From assembly GCF_988242995.1 (NCBI RefSeq), contig NZ_OZ547043.1: a stretch of 64,000 nt of DNA. The stretch is one strand, 5' to 3'. The notes beneath the pieces were generated by a model that was not told the DNA's origin, did not search any database, and saw only the letters and a program-made list of their open reading frames with translations. The translations under genes and the position numbers were made by a program. Every line of letters starts with the position of its first letter. Position 1 is the stretch's first letter. Of the stretch, positions 44,162 through 54,738 are shown in pieces.

Positions 44162-45430
44162 ATGTATGATTTTGTGATTATTGGCGGCGGCATCATCGGC
44201 ATGTCGACCGCCATGCAACTGATTGATGTTTATCCGGATGCCCGCATTGCGTTGCTGGAAAAAGAGTCCGGTCCGGCCTGTCATCAGACAGGCCACAACA
44301 GCGGCGTGATCCATGCCGGGGTCTATTACACGCCCGGCAGCCTGAAGGCGCAGTTTTGCCTGGCGGGAAACCGCGCCACCAAAGCCTTTTGCGATCAAAA
44401 CGGCATTCGCTATGACAACTGCGGCAAGATGCTGGTCGCCACCTCTGAACTTGAAATGGAACGGATGCGCGCGTTGTGGGAACGCACGGCGGCGAACGGT
44501 ATCGAGCGCGAGTGGTTAAACGCCGAGGAACTGCGCGAGCGCGAACCGAATATCACCGGGCTCGGCGGCATTTTTGTGCCGTCCAGCGGCATTGTCAGCT
44601 ATCGCGAAGTGACGGCGGCGATGGCAAAAATCTTCCAGGCCAGAGGCGGCGAGATTATTTATAACGCCGAAGTCAGCGCCCTCAGTGAGCATAAAAACGG
44701 CGTGGTGATACGTACCCGTCAGGGCGGTGAATATGAAGCATCGACGCTGATTAGCTGTTCCGGGCTGATGGCTGACCGGCTGGTGAAAATGCTCGGCCTC
44801 GAACCGGGCTTTATTATCTGCCCGTTCCGTGGCGAGTATTTCCGCCTTGCGCCGGAGCATAACCAGATTGTTAACCACCTGATTTACCCCATTCCCGACC
44901 CCGCGATGCCATTTTTGGGCGTGCATCTCACCCGCATGATCGATGGCAGCGTGACCGTCGGGCCAAACGCGGTGCTGGCTTTTAAACGCGAAGGCTATCG
45001 CAAGCGCGATTTCTCGTTTAGTGACACGCTGGAGATTTTAGGCTCGTCGGGGATTCGCCGGGTGCTGCAAAACCATCTACGCTCAGGACTGGGCGAGATG
45101 AAAAACTCGCTGTGCAAAAGCGGCTATCTGCGGCTGGTGCAAAAGTATTGTCCCCGGCTTTCGTTAAGCGATCTCCAGCCCTGGCCCGCCGGTGTGCGGG
45201 CGCAGGCGGTATCGCCGGACGGCAAGCTGATTGACGATTTTCTGTTTGTCACCACCCCGCGCACGATCCACACCTGCAATGCGCCCTCCCCGGCAGCGAC
45301 ATCAGCAATTCCTATTGGTGCGCATATTGTCAGCAAGGTACAAACGCTGTTGGCAAGCCAGAGTAACCCCGGACGCACGCTGCGAGCGGCACGTAGTGTG
45401 GATGCCTTACACGCCGCATTTAATCAATAA
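44162..45430 (+). CDS. lhgO: L-2-hydroxyglutarate oxidase/dehydrogenase (FAD)
   Basis: Start chosen at MYDFVIIGGGIIG (FAD-binding GxGxxG), 422 aa. Confidence 0.92.
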   Translation: MYDFVIIGGGIIGMSTAMQLIDVYPDARIALLEKESGPACHQTGHNSGVIHAGVYYTPGSLKAQFCLAGNRATKAFCDQNGIRYDNCGKMLVATSELEMERMRALWERTAANGIEREWLNAEELREREPNITGLGGIFVPSSGIVSYREVTAAMAKIFQARGGEIIYNAEVSALSEHKNGVVIRTRQGGEYEASTLISCSGLMADRLVKMLGLEPGFIICPFRGEYFRLAPEHNQIVNHLIYPIPDPAMPFLGVHLTRMIDGSVTVGPNAVLAFKREGYRKRDFSFSDTLEILGSSGIRRVLQNHLRSGLGEMKNSLCKSGYLRLVQKYCPRLSLSDLQPWPAGVRAQAVSPDGKLIDDFLFVTTPRTIHTCNAPSPAATSAIPIGAHIVSKVQTLLASQSNPGRTLRAARSVDALHAAFNQ

Positions 45431-45452
45431 CCTTTGAAAACAGGACGTAACA

Positions 45453-46901
45453 ATGAAACTTAACGACAGTAACTTATTCCGCCAGCAGGCGTTGATTAAC
45501 GGGGAATGGCTGGACGCCAACAATGGCGAGGTCATCGACGTCACCAATCCGGCGAACGGCGACAAGCTGGGTAGCGTGCCGAAAATGGGCGCTGATGAAA
45601 CCCGCGCCGCTATCGACGCCGCCAACCGCGCCCTGCCCGCCTGGCGTGCGCTCACCGCCAAAGAACGCGCCAACATTCTGCGCAACTGGTTCAATTTGAT
45701 GATGGAGCATCAGGACGATTTAGCGCGCCTGATGACCCTCGAACAGGGCAAACCACTGGCCGAAGCGAAAGGCGAAATCAGCTACGCAGCCTCTTTTATT
45801 GAGTGGTTTGCCGAAGAAGGCAAACGTATTTATGGCGATACCATTCCCGGTCATCAGGCCGACAAACGCCTGATTGTTATCAAACAGCCGATTGGCGTTA
45901 CCGCCGCCATCACGCCGTGGAACTTCCCGGCGGCGATGATTACCCGTAAAGCCGGTCCGGCGCTGGCGGCAGGCTGCACGATGGTGCTGAAACCTGCCAG
46001 TCAGACGCCGTTCTCTGCGCTGGCGCTGGCGGAACTGGCGATTCGCGCAGGCGTTCCGGCTGGCGTATTTAACGTGGTCACCGGTTCGGCGGGCGCGGTC
46101 GGTAACGAACTGACCAGCAATCCGCTGGTGCGCAAGCTGTCGTTTACCGGCTCGACCGAAATTGGCCGCCAGTTAATGGAACAGTGCGCGAAAGACATCA
46201 AGAAAGTGTCGCTGGAGCTGGGCGGCAACGCGCCGTTTATCGTCTTTGACGATGCCGACCTCGACAAAGCCGTGGAAGGCGCACTGGCCTCGAAATTCCG
46301 CAACGCCGGGCAAACCTGCGTCTGCGCCAACCGTTTATATGTGCAGGACGGCGTGTATGACCGCTTTGCCGAAAAATTACAGCAGGCGGTGAGCAAACTG
46401 CACATCGGCGACGGGCTGGAGAATGGCGTCACCATCGGGCCGCTGATTGATGAAAAAGCGGTAGCAAAAGTGGAAGAGCATATTGCCGATGCGCTGGAGA
46501 AAGGTGCGCGTGTGGTTTGCGGCGGTAAAGCACACGAACGCGGCGGCAACTTCTTCCAGCCGACCATTCTGGTGGACGTTCCGGCCAACGCCAAAGTGTC
46601 GAAAGAAGAGACATTCGGCCCCCTCGCCCCGCTGTTCCGTTTTAAAGATGAAGCCGATGTGATCGCGCAAGCCAATGACACCGAATTTGGTCTTGCCGCC
46701 TATTTCTACGCCCGTGATTTAAGCCGCGTCTTCCGCGTGGGCGAAGCGCTGGAGTACGGCATCGTCGGCATCAATACCGGGATTATTTCCAATGAAGTGG
46801 CCCCGTTCGGCGGCATTAAAGCCTCGGGTCTGGGTCGTGAAGGTTCGAAGTATGGCATCGAAGATTACTTAGAAATCAAATATATGTGCATCGGTCTTTA
46901 A
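45453..46901 (+). CDS. gabD: Succinate-semialdehyde dehydrogenase (NADP+)
   Basis: 482 aa aldehyde dehydrogenase family ORF; synteny. Confidence 0.95.
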   Translation: MKLNDSNLFRQQALINGEWLDANNGEVIDVTNPANGDKLGSVPKMGADETRAAIDAANRALPAWRALTAKERANILRNWFNLMMEHQDDLARLMTLEQGKPLAEAKGEISYAASFIEWFAEEGKRIYGDTIPGHQADKRLIVIKQPIGVTAAITPWNFPAAMITRKAGPALAAGCTMVLKPASQTPFSALALAELAIRAGVPAGVFNVVTGSAGAVGNELTSNPLVRKLSFTGSTEIGRQLMEQCAKDIKKVSLELGGNAPFIVFDDADLDKAVEGALASKFRNAGQTCVCANRLYVQDGVYDRFAEKLQQAVSKLHIGDGLENGVTIGPLIDEKAVAKVEEHIADALEKGARVVCGGKAHERGGNFFQPTILVDVPANAKVSKEETFGPLAPLFRFKDEADVIAQANDTEFGLAAYFYARDLSRVFRVGEALEYGIVGINTGIISNEVAPFGGIKASGLGREGSKYGIEDYLEIKYMCIGL

Positions 46902-46914
46902 CTGGAGAACGCGA

Positions 46915-48195
46915 ATGAGCAGCAATAAAGAGTTAATGCAGCGCCGCAGTCAGGCAGTTCCTCGTGGCGTTGGGCAAATTCACCCCATTTTCGCTGATCG
47001 CGCGGAAAACTGCCGGGTGTGGGACGTTGAAGGCCGTGAGTATCTTGATTTCGCGGGCGGGATTGCGGTGCTCAATACCGGGCACCTGCATCCGAAGGTG
47101 GTTGCGGCGGTGGAAGCGCAGTTGAAAAAGCTGTCGCACACCTGCTTCCAGGTGCTGGCCTACGAGCCGTATCTGGAGCTGTGCGAAATAATGAATCAGA
47201 AGGTGCCGGGCGATTTCGCCAAAAAAACGCTGCTGGTGACGACTGGTTCCGAAGCGGTGGAAAACGCGGTGAAAATCGCCCGCGCCGCCACCAAACGTAG
47301 CGGTACTATCGCCTTTAGCGGCGCGTATCACGGGCGTACGCACTACACGCTGGCGCTGACCGGCAAGGTAAATCCGTACTCTGCGGGTATGGGGCTGATG
47401 CCAGGCCATGTTTATCGCGCGCTTTATCCTTGCCCGCTGCACGGCATAAGCGAGGATGACGCTATCGCCAGCATCCACCGGATCTTTAAAAATGACGCTG
47501 CGCCGGAAGATATCGCCGCCATCGTGATTGAGCCGGTTCAGGGCGAAGGCGGTTTCTACGCCGCGACGCCAGCCTTTATGCAGCGTTTACGCGCGTTGTG
47601 TGACGAGCACGGGATCATGCTGATTGCCGATGAAGTGCAGAGCGGCGCGGGGCGTACCGGCACGCTGTTTGCGATGGAGCAGATGGGCGTTGCGCCGGAT
47701 CTTACCACCTTTGCGAAATCGATCGCAGGCGGCTTCCCGCTGGCGGGCGTCACCGGGCGCGCGGAAGTGATGGATGCCGTCGCTCCAGGCGGTCTGGGCG
47801 GCACCTATGCGGGTAACCCGATTGCCTGCGTGGCTGCGCTGGAAGTGTTGAAGGTGTTTGAGCAGGAAAATCTGCTGCAAAAAGCCAACGATCTGGGGCA
47901 GAAACTGAAAGACGGATTGCTGGCGATAGCCGAAAAACATACTGAGATCGGCGACGTACGCGGGCTGGGAGCGATGATTGCCATCGAGCTGTTTGAAGAT
48001 GGCGATCACAGCAAACCAGACGCAAAACTCACCGCCGAGATCGTGGCGCGTGCCCGCGATAAAGGCCTGATTCTTCTCTCCTGCGGCCCGTATTACAACG
48101 TGCTGCGCATCCTTGTACCGCTCACCATTGAAGACGCTCAGATCCGTCAGGGTCTGGAGATCATCAGCCAGTGTTTTGCAGAGGCGAAGCAGTAG
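46915..48195 (+). CDS. gabT: 4-aminobutyrate aminotransferase
   Basis: 426 aa class-III aminotransferase ORF. Confidence 0.95.
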   Translation: MSSNKELMQRRSQAVPRGVGQIHPIFADRAENCRVWDVEGREYLDFAGGIAVLNTGHLHPKVVAAVEAQLKKLSHTCFQVLAYEPYLELCEIMNQKVPGDFAKKTLLVTTGSEAVENAVKIARAATKRSGTIAFSGAYHGRTHYTLALTGKVNPYSAGMGLMPGHVYRALYPCPLHGISEDDAIASIHRIFKNDAAPEDIAAIVIEPVQGEGGFYAATPAFMQRLRALCDEHGIMLIADEVQSGAGRTGTLFAMEQMGVAPDLTTFAKSIAGGFPLAGVTGRAEVMDAVAPGGLGGTYAGNPIACVAALEVLKVFEQENLLQKANDLGQKLKDGLLAIAEKHTEIGDVRGLGAMIAIELFEDGDHSKPDAKLTAEIVARARDKGLILLSCGPYYNVLRILVPLTIEDAQIRQGLEIISQCFAEAKQ

Positions 48196-48202
48196 ATCCG
48201 TA

Positions 48203-48368
48203 CCCATGCCGGAGGCGACGCTGCGCGTCTTGTCCGGCCCACGAAAATGTAGGTCGGATAAGGCGTTTACGCCGCATCCGACATTCGGCGCACCATGCCG
48301 GAGGTGACGCTTTGCGTCTTGTCCGGCCTACGAGAATCCAGGTCGGGTAAGGCGGAGCCGCTCTCCGG
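48203..48368. repeat. REP/BIME-type palindromic repeats between gabT and gabP
   Basis: Two near-identical units gccggaggcgacgctgcgcgtcttgtccggcc…aggtcggataaggcg / gccggaggtgacgctttgcgtcttgtccggcc…aggtcgggtaaggcg. Confidence 0.8.
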
Positions 48369-48458
48369 CAAAAAGAATCAATAACAATTACACGCGTGAC
48401 CCGACGCGGGAAATGTCGGGGCGCTCTCCCAAGTGACACACTTTCGAGAGGATTCAGG

Positions 48459-49859
48459 ATGGGGCAATCATCGCAACCACATGAGTTAGGCGGCGGGCTG
48501 AAGTCACGCCACGTCACCATGTTGTCTATTGCCGGTGTTATCGGCGCAAGTCTGTTTGTCGGTTCCAGCGTCGCCATCGCCGAAGCGGGCCCGGCGGTAT
48601 TACTGGCCTATCTGTTCGCCGGATTACTGGTGGTTATGATTATGCGGATGTTGGCGGAAATGGCGGTTGCCACGCCCGACACGGGTTCGTTTTCCACCTA
48701 TGCAGATAAAGCTATTGGTCGTTGGGCGGGCTATACCATCGGCTGGTTGTACTGGTGGTTTTGGGTACTGGTTATCCCGCTGGAAGCCAACATCGCCGCC
48801 ATGATCCTGCACTCGTGGGTTCCAGGCATTCCCATCTGGTTATTTTCCCTCGTCATTACCCTCGCCTTAACTGGCAGTAATTTATTAAGCGTTAAAAACT
48901 ACGGCGAATTTGAGTTCTGGCTGGCGCTGTGCAAAGTCATCGCTATCCTGGCCTTTATTTTCCTTGGTGCAGTCGCAATTAGCGGTTTTTACCCTTATGC
49001 CGAAGTGAGCGGGATCTCAAGATTGTGGGATAGCGGCGGCTTTATGCCCAACGGCTTCGGCGCGGTATTAAGCGCGATGTTGATCACTATGTTCTCGTTT
49101 ATGGGCGCAGAAATTGTCACCATTGCCGCCGCGGAATCCGACACGCCGGAAAAACATATTGTCCGCGCCACCAACTCGGTTATCTGGCGTATCTCTATTT
49201 TCTATTTGTGTTCTATTTTTGTCGTTGTGGCATTAATACCGTGGAATATGCCGGGGCTGAAAGCCGTTGGATCTTATCGCTCGGTTCTGGAGTTGCTCAA
49301 TATTCCCCATGCGAAATTAATCATGGACTGCGTGATATTACTTTCCGTAACCAGTTGCCTGAACTCGGCGCTGTATACCGCTTCCAGAATGCTCTACTCC
49401 TTAAGCCGTCGCGGTGATGCGCCCGCAGTAATGGGTAAAATCAACCGCAGTAAAACCCCGTACGTGGCGGTGTTACTCTCCACCGGAGCGGCATTTTTAA
49501 CGGTGGTGGTGAATTATTACGCGCCTGCGAAAGTGTTTAAATTCCTGATCGACAGCTCCGGCGCTATCGCCCTGCTGGTTTATTTAGTCATCGCCGTTTC
49601 ACAATTGCGGATGCGCAAAATTCTGCGAGCAGAAGGAAGCGAAATTCGCCTGCGGATGTGGCTTTATCCGTGGCTCACCTGGCTGGTAATCGGCTTTATT
49701 ACCTTTGTGTTGGTAGTGATGCTATTCCGCCCGGCGCAACAGTTAGAAGTGATCTCCACCGGCTTATTAGCGATAGGGATTATCTGTACCGTGCCAATTA
49801 TGGCTCGCTGGAAAAAGCTGGTATTGTGGCAAAAAACACCCGTTCATAATACGCGCTGA
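48459..49859 (+). CDS. gabP: GABA permease (APC family)
   Basis: Start chosen at MGQSSQPHELGGGLKSRH (466 aa); 12-TM permease. Confidence 0.93.
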   Translation: MGQSSQPHELGGGLKSRHVTMLSIAGVIGASLFVGSSVAIAEAGPAVLLAYLFAGLLVVMIMRMLAEMAVATPDTGSFSTYADKAIGRWAGYTIGWLYWWFWVLVIPLEANIAAMILHSWVPGIPIWLFSLVITLALTGSNLLSVKNYGEFEFWLALCKVIAILAFIFLGAVAISGFYPYAEVSGISRLWDSGGFMPNGFGAVLSAMLITMFSFMGAEIVTIAAAESDTPEKHIVRATNSVIWRISIFYLCSIFVVVALIPWNMPGLKAVGSYRSVLELLNIPHAKLIMDCVILLSVTSCLNSALYTASRMLYSLSRRGDAPAVMGKINRSKTPYVAVLLSTGAAFLTVVVNYYAPAKVFKFLIDSSGAIALLVYLVIAVSQLRMRKILRAEGSEIRLRMWLYPWLTWLVIGFITFVLVVMLFRPAQQLEVISTGLLAIGIICTVPIMARWKKLVLWQKTPVHNTR

Positions 49860-49879
49860 TAATGATCAGGAGTCACACC

Positions 49880-50542
49880 ATGACCATTACGTCTCTGGAT
49901 GGCTATCGCTGGCTGAAGAACGATATTATTCGCGGTAATTTTCAACCGGATGAAAAATTACGGATGAGTTTGCTGACATCGCGTTATGCACTTGGCGTTG
50001 GGCCGTTACGGGAAGCTCTTTCGCAACTGGTGGCGGAACGGCTGGTCACGGTGGTGAATCAAAAAGGGTATCGGGTGGCGTCTATGTCAGAGCAGGAGCT
50101 GCTCGATATTTTCGACGCCCGCGCCAATATGGAAGCGATGCTGGTCAGTCTGGCGATTGCCCGCGGTGGCGATGAATGGGAGGCAGACGTTCTCGCAAAA
50201 GCGCATCTGCTCAGTAAGCTGGAGGCGTGTGACGCCAGTGAGAAAATGCTTGATGAGTGGGATCTGCGTCATCAGGCGTTTCATACGGCAATTGTGGCGG
50301 GCTGTGGTTCTCACTATTTGCTGCAAATGCGTGAACGGTTGTTTGATCTGGCGGCGCGCTATCGATTTATCTGGCTGCGGCGAACAGTGCTTTCGGTGGA
50401 AATGTTGGAAGATAAACGCGATCAGCACCAGACCCTGACTGCGGCGGTACTGGCGCGAGATACCGCGCGCGCCAGTGAGTTAATGCGCCAGCATTTACTG
50501 ACGCCAATTCCCATTATCCAGCAGGCAATGGCTGGCAATTAA
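49880..50542 (+). CDS. csiR: GntR-family repressor of csiD-gab operon
   Basis: Start chosen at MTITSLDGYRWLKNDII (220 aa). Confidence 0.88.
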   Translation: MTITSLDGYRWLKNDIIRGNFQPDEKLRMSLLTSRYALGVGPLREALSQLVAERLVTVVNQKGYRVASMSEQELLDIFDARANMEAMLVSLAIARGGDEWEADVLAKAHLLSKLEACDASEKMLDEWDLRHQAFHTAIVAGCGSHYLLQMRERLFDLAARYRFIWLRRTVLSVEMLEDKRDQHQTLTAAVLARDTARASELMRQHLLTPIPIIQQAMAGN

Positions 50543-50992
50543 CTACTCTTCAGGAATACGCAACACTTGCCCCGGGTAAATTTTATCCGGGCTTTTTAAC
50601 ATCGGTTTATTCGCTTCGAAGATTTTATTGTACAGATTGGCGTTACCGTAGACCTGTTTGGAAATGGCACTCAGAGTGTCGCCAGACTTAACGGTATAAA
50701 ACTGGCTGGCAGCGGCTGGTGTCGCCGTTTTCACCTGATCATCGACACTGGCAATACCGGAAATATTCCCCACCGCAACAAGGATTTTCTCCTTCGCCTC
50801 CTGACTTAAGCCGTCACCCGTGACCGTCGCTTTGCCGTCGGCGATTTGAATGTTCACTTTATCGGCATCAGGTATACCGGTTTTGTTCAGATGCTCCTGC
50901 ACCTTCTTCGCCTGATCGTCTTTATCGTGCTGACCTGTAACCGCGTCCCAGAGTTTTTCTCCGGCATCTTTCACAAAATTGAACAGACCCAT
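50543..50992 (-). CDS. ygaU: BON/LysM-domain potassium-binding protein
   Basis: Start chosen at [14 protein letters not shown] (149 aa); LysM-like C-terminus. Confidence 0.9.
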   Translation of the reverse strand: MGLFNFVKDAGEKLWDAVTGQHDKDDQAKKVQEHLNKTGIPDADKVNIQIADGKATVTGDGLSQEAKEKILVAVGNISGIASVDDQVKTATPAAASQFYTVKSGDTLSAISKQVYGNANLYNKIFEANKPMLKSPDKIYPGQVLRIPEE

Positions 50993-51075
50993 AGCTACCT
51001 CATTCGTTAACGGAAACACTCAGAAAGTGTAGCAGAGGAACGCGGCGCGTTAACGCCGCGGGGGTGAGGACAGGT

Positions 51076-51234
51076 TTAATCGCGGGTTTGCACCCAGAAC
51101 GCGTGAATCAAACCGGGGATATACCCAAGCAGTGTCAGCAGAATATTAATAATGAACGCCCAACCGAACCCTTTACCGAGCAGTACGCCGAGCGGCGGCA
51201 GAATGATGGTGATGACGATTCTCCAGAAACCCAT
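51076..51234 (-). CDS. yqaE: Small membrane protein YqaE (Pmp3/UPF0057 family)
   Basis: Minus strand encodes MGFWRIVITIILPPLGVLLGKGFGWAFIINILLTLLGYIPGLIHAFWVQTRD; the ORF-track call 51064-51249(+) is on the wrong strand. Confidence 0.85.
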   Translation of the reverse strand: MGFWRIVITIILPPLGVLLGKGFGWAFIINILLTLLGYIPGLIHAFWVQTRD

Positions 51235-51416
51235 ATGTACTCCCTATAAGAAAATTACTCATTGTTTAAAAAGAGATTTTATCTCTTAAGCGTAGTAATT
51301 TTAGCGGAGCCTGCCAGTTTCAGCTTACGCTTTTACTCTCATTTACGCTGCTGATGCTGGCATATGTTATATTTTTAGTTTAGAGTTTACTTAATTTAGA
51401 AAATGCTTAAATAACT

Positions 51417-51716
51417 ATGACTGAACTCGCGCAATTACAGGCCAGTGCCGAACAGGCAGCGGCCTTATTGAAAGCAATGAGCCACCCTAAACGGTTGCTG
51501 ATTCTGTGCATGCTTAGCGGTTCCCCCGGCACCAGCGCGGGAGAGCTGACGCGCATTACCGGACTGAGTGCCTCTGCGACATCACAGCATCTCGCTCGTA
51601 TGCGGGACGAAGGGCTTATCGACAGCCAACGGGATGCCCAACGCATTCTATATTCCATTAAAAATGAGGCGGTAAATGCCATTATCGCCACCCTGAAAAA
51701 TGTCTATTGTCCGTAA
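51417..51716 (+). CDS. ygaV: ArsR/SmtB-family transcriptional regulator
   Basis: 99 aa wHTH ORF. Confidence 0.9.
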   Translation: MTELAQLQASAEQAAALLKAMSHPKRLLILCMLSGSPGTSAGELTRITGLSASATSQHLARMRDEGLIDSQRDAQRILYSIKNEAVNAIIATLKNVYCP

Positions 51717-51725
51717 GGAGTCACT

Positions 51726-52250
51726 ATGGCTTTGACAACCATTTCGCCGCATGATGCACAAGAATTAATCGCACGCGGCGCAAAGTTAATCGATATTCGT
51801 GACGCTGATGAATATCTTCGTGAACATATTCCTGAAGCAGATCTGGCTCCATTATCCGTGCTGGAACAGTCAGGTCTTCCGGCTAAATTACGTCGCGAGC
51901 AAATTATATTCCACTGCCAGGCAGGTAAACGCACCAGTAATAACGCCGATAAATTAGCAGCGATTGCCGCCCCCGCAGAAATCTTTTTACTCGAAGATGG
52001 GATTGATGGCTGGAAAAAAGCAGGATTACCAGTAGCGGTAAATAAATCTCAACCCTTGCCGTTAATGCGCCAGGTGCAGATCGCTGCGGGTGGTTTAATA
52101 TTAATCGGCGTTATACTGGGCTATACCGTAAATAGCGGTTTCTTCTTATTAAGCGGCTTTGTTGGTGCCGGGTTACTGTTTGCAGGAATTAGCGGTTTTT
52201 GTGGGATGGCAAGGTTGTTAGATAAGATGCCGTGGAACCAACGAGCTTGA
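51726..52250 (+). CDS. ygaP: Membrane-anchored rhodanese-domain sulfurtransferase
   Basis: 174 aa; active-site CQAGKR; C-terminal TM helices. Confidence 0.9.
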   Translation: MALTTISPHDAQELIARGAKLIDIRDADEYLREHIPEADLAPLSVLEQSGLPAKLRREQIIFHCQAGKRTSNNADKLAAIAAPAEIFLLEDGIDGWKKAGLPVAVNKSQPLPLMRQVQIAAGGLILIGVILGYTVNSGFFLLSGFVGAGLLFAGISGFCGMARLLDKMPWNQRA

Positions 52251-52292
52251 GAAGCGACGCCGGACGCGCCATAGCGGCGGCATCCGGCCTCA
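52251..52292. repeat. REP element between ygaP and stpA
   Basis: gaagcgacgccggacgcgcc…gcggcggcatccggcctca palindromic unit. Confidence 0.7.
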
Positions 52293-52296
52293 GTAA

Positions 52297-52701
52297 TTAG
52301 ATCAGGAAATCGTCGAGAGATTTACCTTCTGCCAGCGCCTGAGCGATTGGCTTCGGTGTACGGCCCTGACCGGTCCAGGTTTTAGTTTCACCGTTAACAT
52401 CAGTGAATTTATATTTTGCCGGACGCGGCTGGCGTTTTTTACCAGCGCGTGGTGCAGCAGCAGAGCTATTACCCAATAACTCTTCCGGGTTAATTCCGTC
52501 AGCTTTCATCAGCTCCAGCCAGGTACTAATTTTTTCCTGGCGCTCTGCCAGTTCACGCTGCTGCTGTTCTTCTTCTTCACGTCTTTCTTTAGTGACAACC
52601 CTGAATTTTTCGAGCATTTCTTCAAGAACGTCAATGGAGAATTCGCGAGCCATCGCACGGAGAGTGCGAATGTTATTTAAACTTTGTAACATTACGGACA
52701 T
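52297..52701 (-). CDS. stpA: H-NS paralogue / RNA chaperone StpA
   Basis: 134 aa [36 protein letters not shown]…. Confidence 0.95.
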   Translation of the reverse strand: MSVMLQSLNNIRTLRAMAREFSIDVLEEMLEKFRVVTKERREEEEQQQRELAERQEKISTWLELMKADGINPEELLGNSSAAAPRAGKKRQPRPAKYKFTDVNGETKTWTGQGRTPKPIAQALAEGKSLDDFLI

Positions 52702-53368
52702 AATAAAGAAAACCTTTTAACGCCAAAACAAAAAAGTATTTCGTCGCGTAGTGTAAGCGATCACTTATTATATTTCCACAAAATTTAATCTATTTACAGT
52801 CCTGCGCGAGATTATTTCAGCTGTTATTTTCTGAAACTCTCAGAATAATTTCAAGATTATATATTAGCCATTTTGATGAGTAATTTAGGTTATTTGTGAG
52901 CAGAGCGGCGCTCTCTGCTCGCTAATTCCGCAAGCCTGACAAAACCAAAGTGAATAAAAATGCAACTCAACAGAATAAAAGAAAACATCTATCACTGGTG
53001 CTTTCTGCTGTCAATGTACATTATCTGGCATAAAAAATGCTGAAAATGACCCGGCCACGACATACACCGAATTCTCTACGCTTATAGCGTTACCTCCCCC
53101 CCAAACCTTCATGAGTGAAAATAAAGGTAAACACATATCCAATTGATTTAATTAAAAATAAATCATATTGGCATGTAAAAATCCACAATGTACAAAAAAC
53201 GCGCCGTTACGGAATATTTTATCTACAAAAACAGATTAAATAAAAATTTTTCACTAATTGATTAGTCATAGCCAGCGATATACGCTATGCGAAAATGCAG
53301 ATGGCAATGAGATCCACTGCTTTCATCTCCATTCACATCCCATTACGCTTTTATTAAGGAGCATTAGC

Positions 53369-53818
53369 ATGTTCTCACCGCAGTCACGCTTGCGTCATGC
53401 AGTTGCAGATACGTTCGCGATGGTTGTTTACTGTTCTGTCGTGAACATGTGTATTGAAGTTTTCCTCTCCGGAATGAGCTTCGAACAGTCTTTTTATTCC
53501 AGATTGGTAGCGATTCCGGTGAACATCTTAATTGCATGGCCATACGGTATGTACCGCGATCTGTTTATGCGCGCAGCACGCAAAGTTAGCCCGTCGGGCT
53601 GGATAAAAAATCTGGCGGATATCATGGCTTATGTGACGTTCCAGTCACCGGTGTATGTGGCGATCTTGTTAGTGGTGGGCGCAGACTGGCATCAGATTAT
53701 GGCGGCGGTCAGTTCAAACATCGTTGTTTCGATGTTGATGGGGGCGGTTTATGGCTACTTCCTCGATTATTGCCGCCGACTGTTTAAAGTCAGCCGTTAC
53801 CAGCAGGTAAAAGCCTGA
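53369..53818 (+). CDS. alaE: L-alanine exporter
   Basis: Start chosen at [15 protein letters not shown] (149 aa); ORF track begins 37 codons upstream. Confidence 0.88.
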   Translation: MFSPQSRLRHAVADTFAMVVYCSVVNMCIEVFLSGMSFEQSFYSRLVAIPVNILIAWPYGMYRDLFMRAARKVSPSGWIKNLADIMAYVTFQSPVYVAILLVVGADWHQIMAAVSSNIVVSMLMGAVYGYFLDYCRRLFKVSRYQQVKA

Positions 53819-53854
53819 CCCTTCTTTTCGCGACTGGCATCGCCAGTCGCGTCT

Positions 53855-54199
53855 TTAACTGGCTTCGCCAAATAAACCATTCAAATAACGTTCAAGCGCA
53901 ACACGCGAACTAAAGCCATGCGGGATACCGTAATGCTCATGACGTTCACCCGCTAAATAGAGCGGAAATTGCTGGTAATGATCGCAAGTTTTAATATCGG
54001 AAGCGGGTTCAGCCAGTGTTGAACTGCGTTCTTTTAATGTTGGATGAATCACCAGGGCGGTACGTCCCATTCGCGCTTCGCGATTAACATAGACATAATT
54101 TTCCCCACGGCGGTAACCATACGCTTTCTGGGTTACCACATCGACAGTAAAACCGACTTTTTCAAGTACGCGCGCCACCTCGTCTGGTCGTAAATACAT
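53855..54199 (-). CDS. ygaC: DUF2002-family protein YgaC
   Basis: 114 aa ORF; synteny. Confidence 0.85.
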
Positions 54200-54350
54200 A
54201 TTTGATCCTCGTTATTATCAACCGCGGGCCTACCTTACCTGATTGCGCATTCACAACGCTTTCAGAAAAGTCCATAAAGCCGCGATGAACCTCAGTTAAG
54301 AAAATTATGGTCTACACTGAAAATTACATCGAATTCTAATGGGGGATCAT

Positions 54351-54680
54351 ATGTTTAACCGACCGAACCGCAACGACGTTGATGATGGCGTACAGGATAT
54401 CCAGAATGATGTCAATCAATTAGCTGATAGCCTCGAATCTGTATTGAAGTCCTGGGGCAGCGACGCCAAAGGGGAAGCCGAAGCCGCTCGTAGTAAAGCG
54501 CAGGCTCTACTGAAAGAAACCAGGGCGCGAATGCATGGTCGTACTCGCGTCCAGCAAGCCGCGCGTGATGCCGTTGGCTGCGCGGATTCTTTTGTTCGTG
54601 AAAGACCCTGGTGTAGCGTGGGTACAGCAGCTGCGGTAGGTATTTTTATCGGCGCACTGTTAAGCATGCGCAAATCGTAG
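54351..54680 (+). CDS. ygaM: DUF883 (ElaB/YqjD-like) membrane-anchored protein
   Basis: Start chosen at MFNRPNRNDV (109 aa); C-terminal TM anchor. Confidence 0.85.
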   Translation: MFNRPNRNDVDDGVQDIQNDVNQLADSLESVLKSWGSDAKGEAEAARSKAQALLKETRARMHGRTRVQQAARDAVGCADSFVRERPWCSVGTAAAVGIFIGALLSMRKS

Positions 54681-54711
54681 TGCAATAATGATAATAAATA
54701 CGCGTCTTTGA

Positions 54712-54738
54712 CCCCGAAGCCTGGCTTCGGGGTTTTTT
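54712..54738. terminator. Bidirectional rho-independent terminator between convergent ygaM and MocR-like gene
   Basis: ccccgaagc-ctgg-cttcgggg hairpin flanked by T-run. Confidence 0.6.

Noticed and set aside
46001-46681. Minus-strand 226-aa ORF inside gabD, and the similar 206-aa ORF at 47587-48207 inside gabT
   Set aside because: Shadow ORFs with Ala/Ser/Pro-rich low-complexity translations.
51064-51249. Plus-strand 61-aa ORF
   Set aside because: The real gene is yqaE on the minus strand (51076-51234), which encodes a recognisable Pmp3-family membrane peptide.
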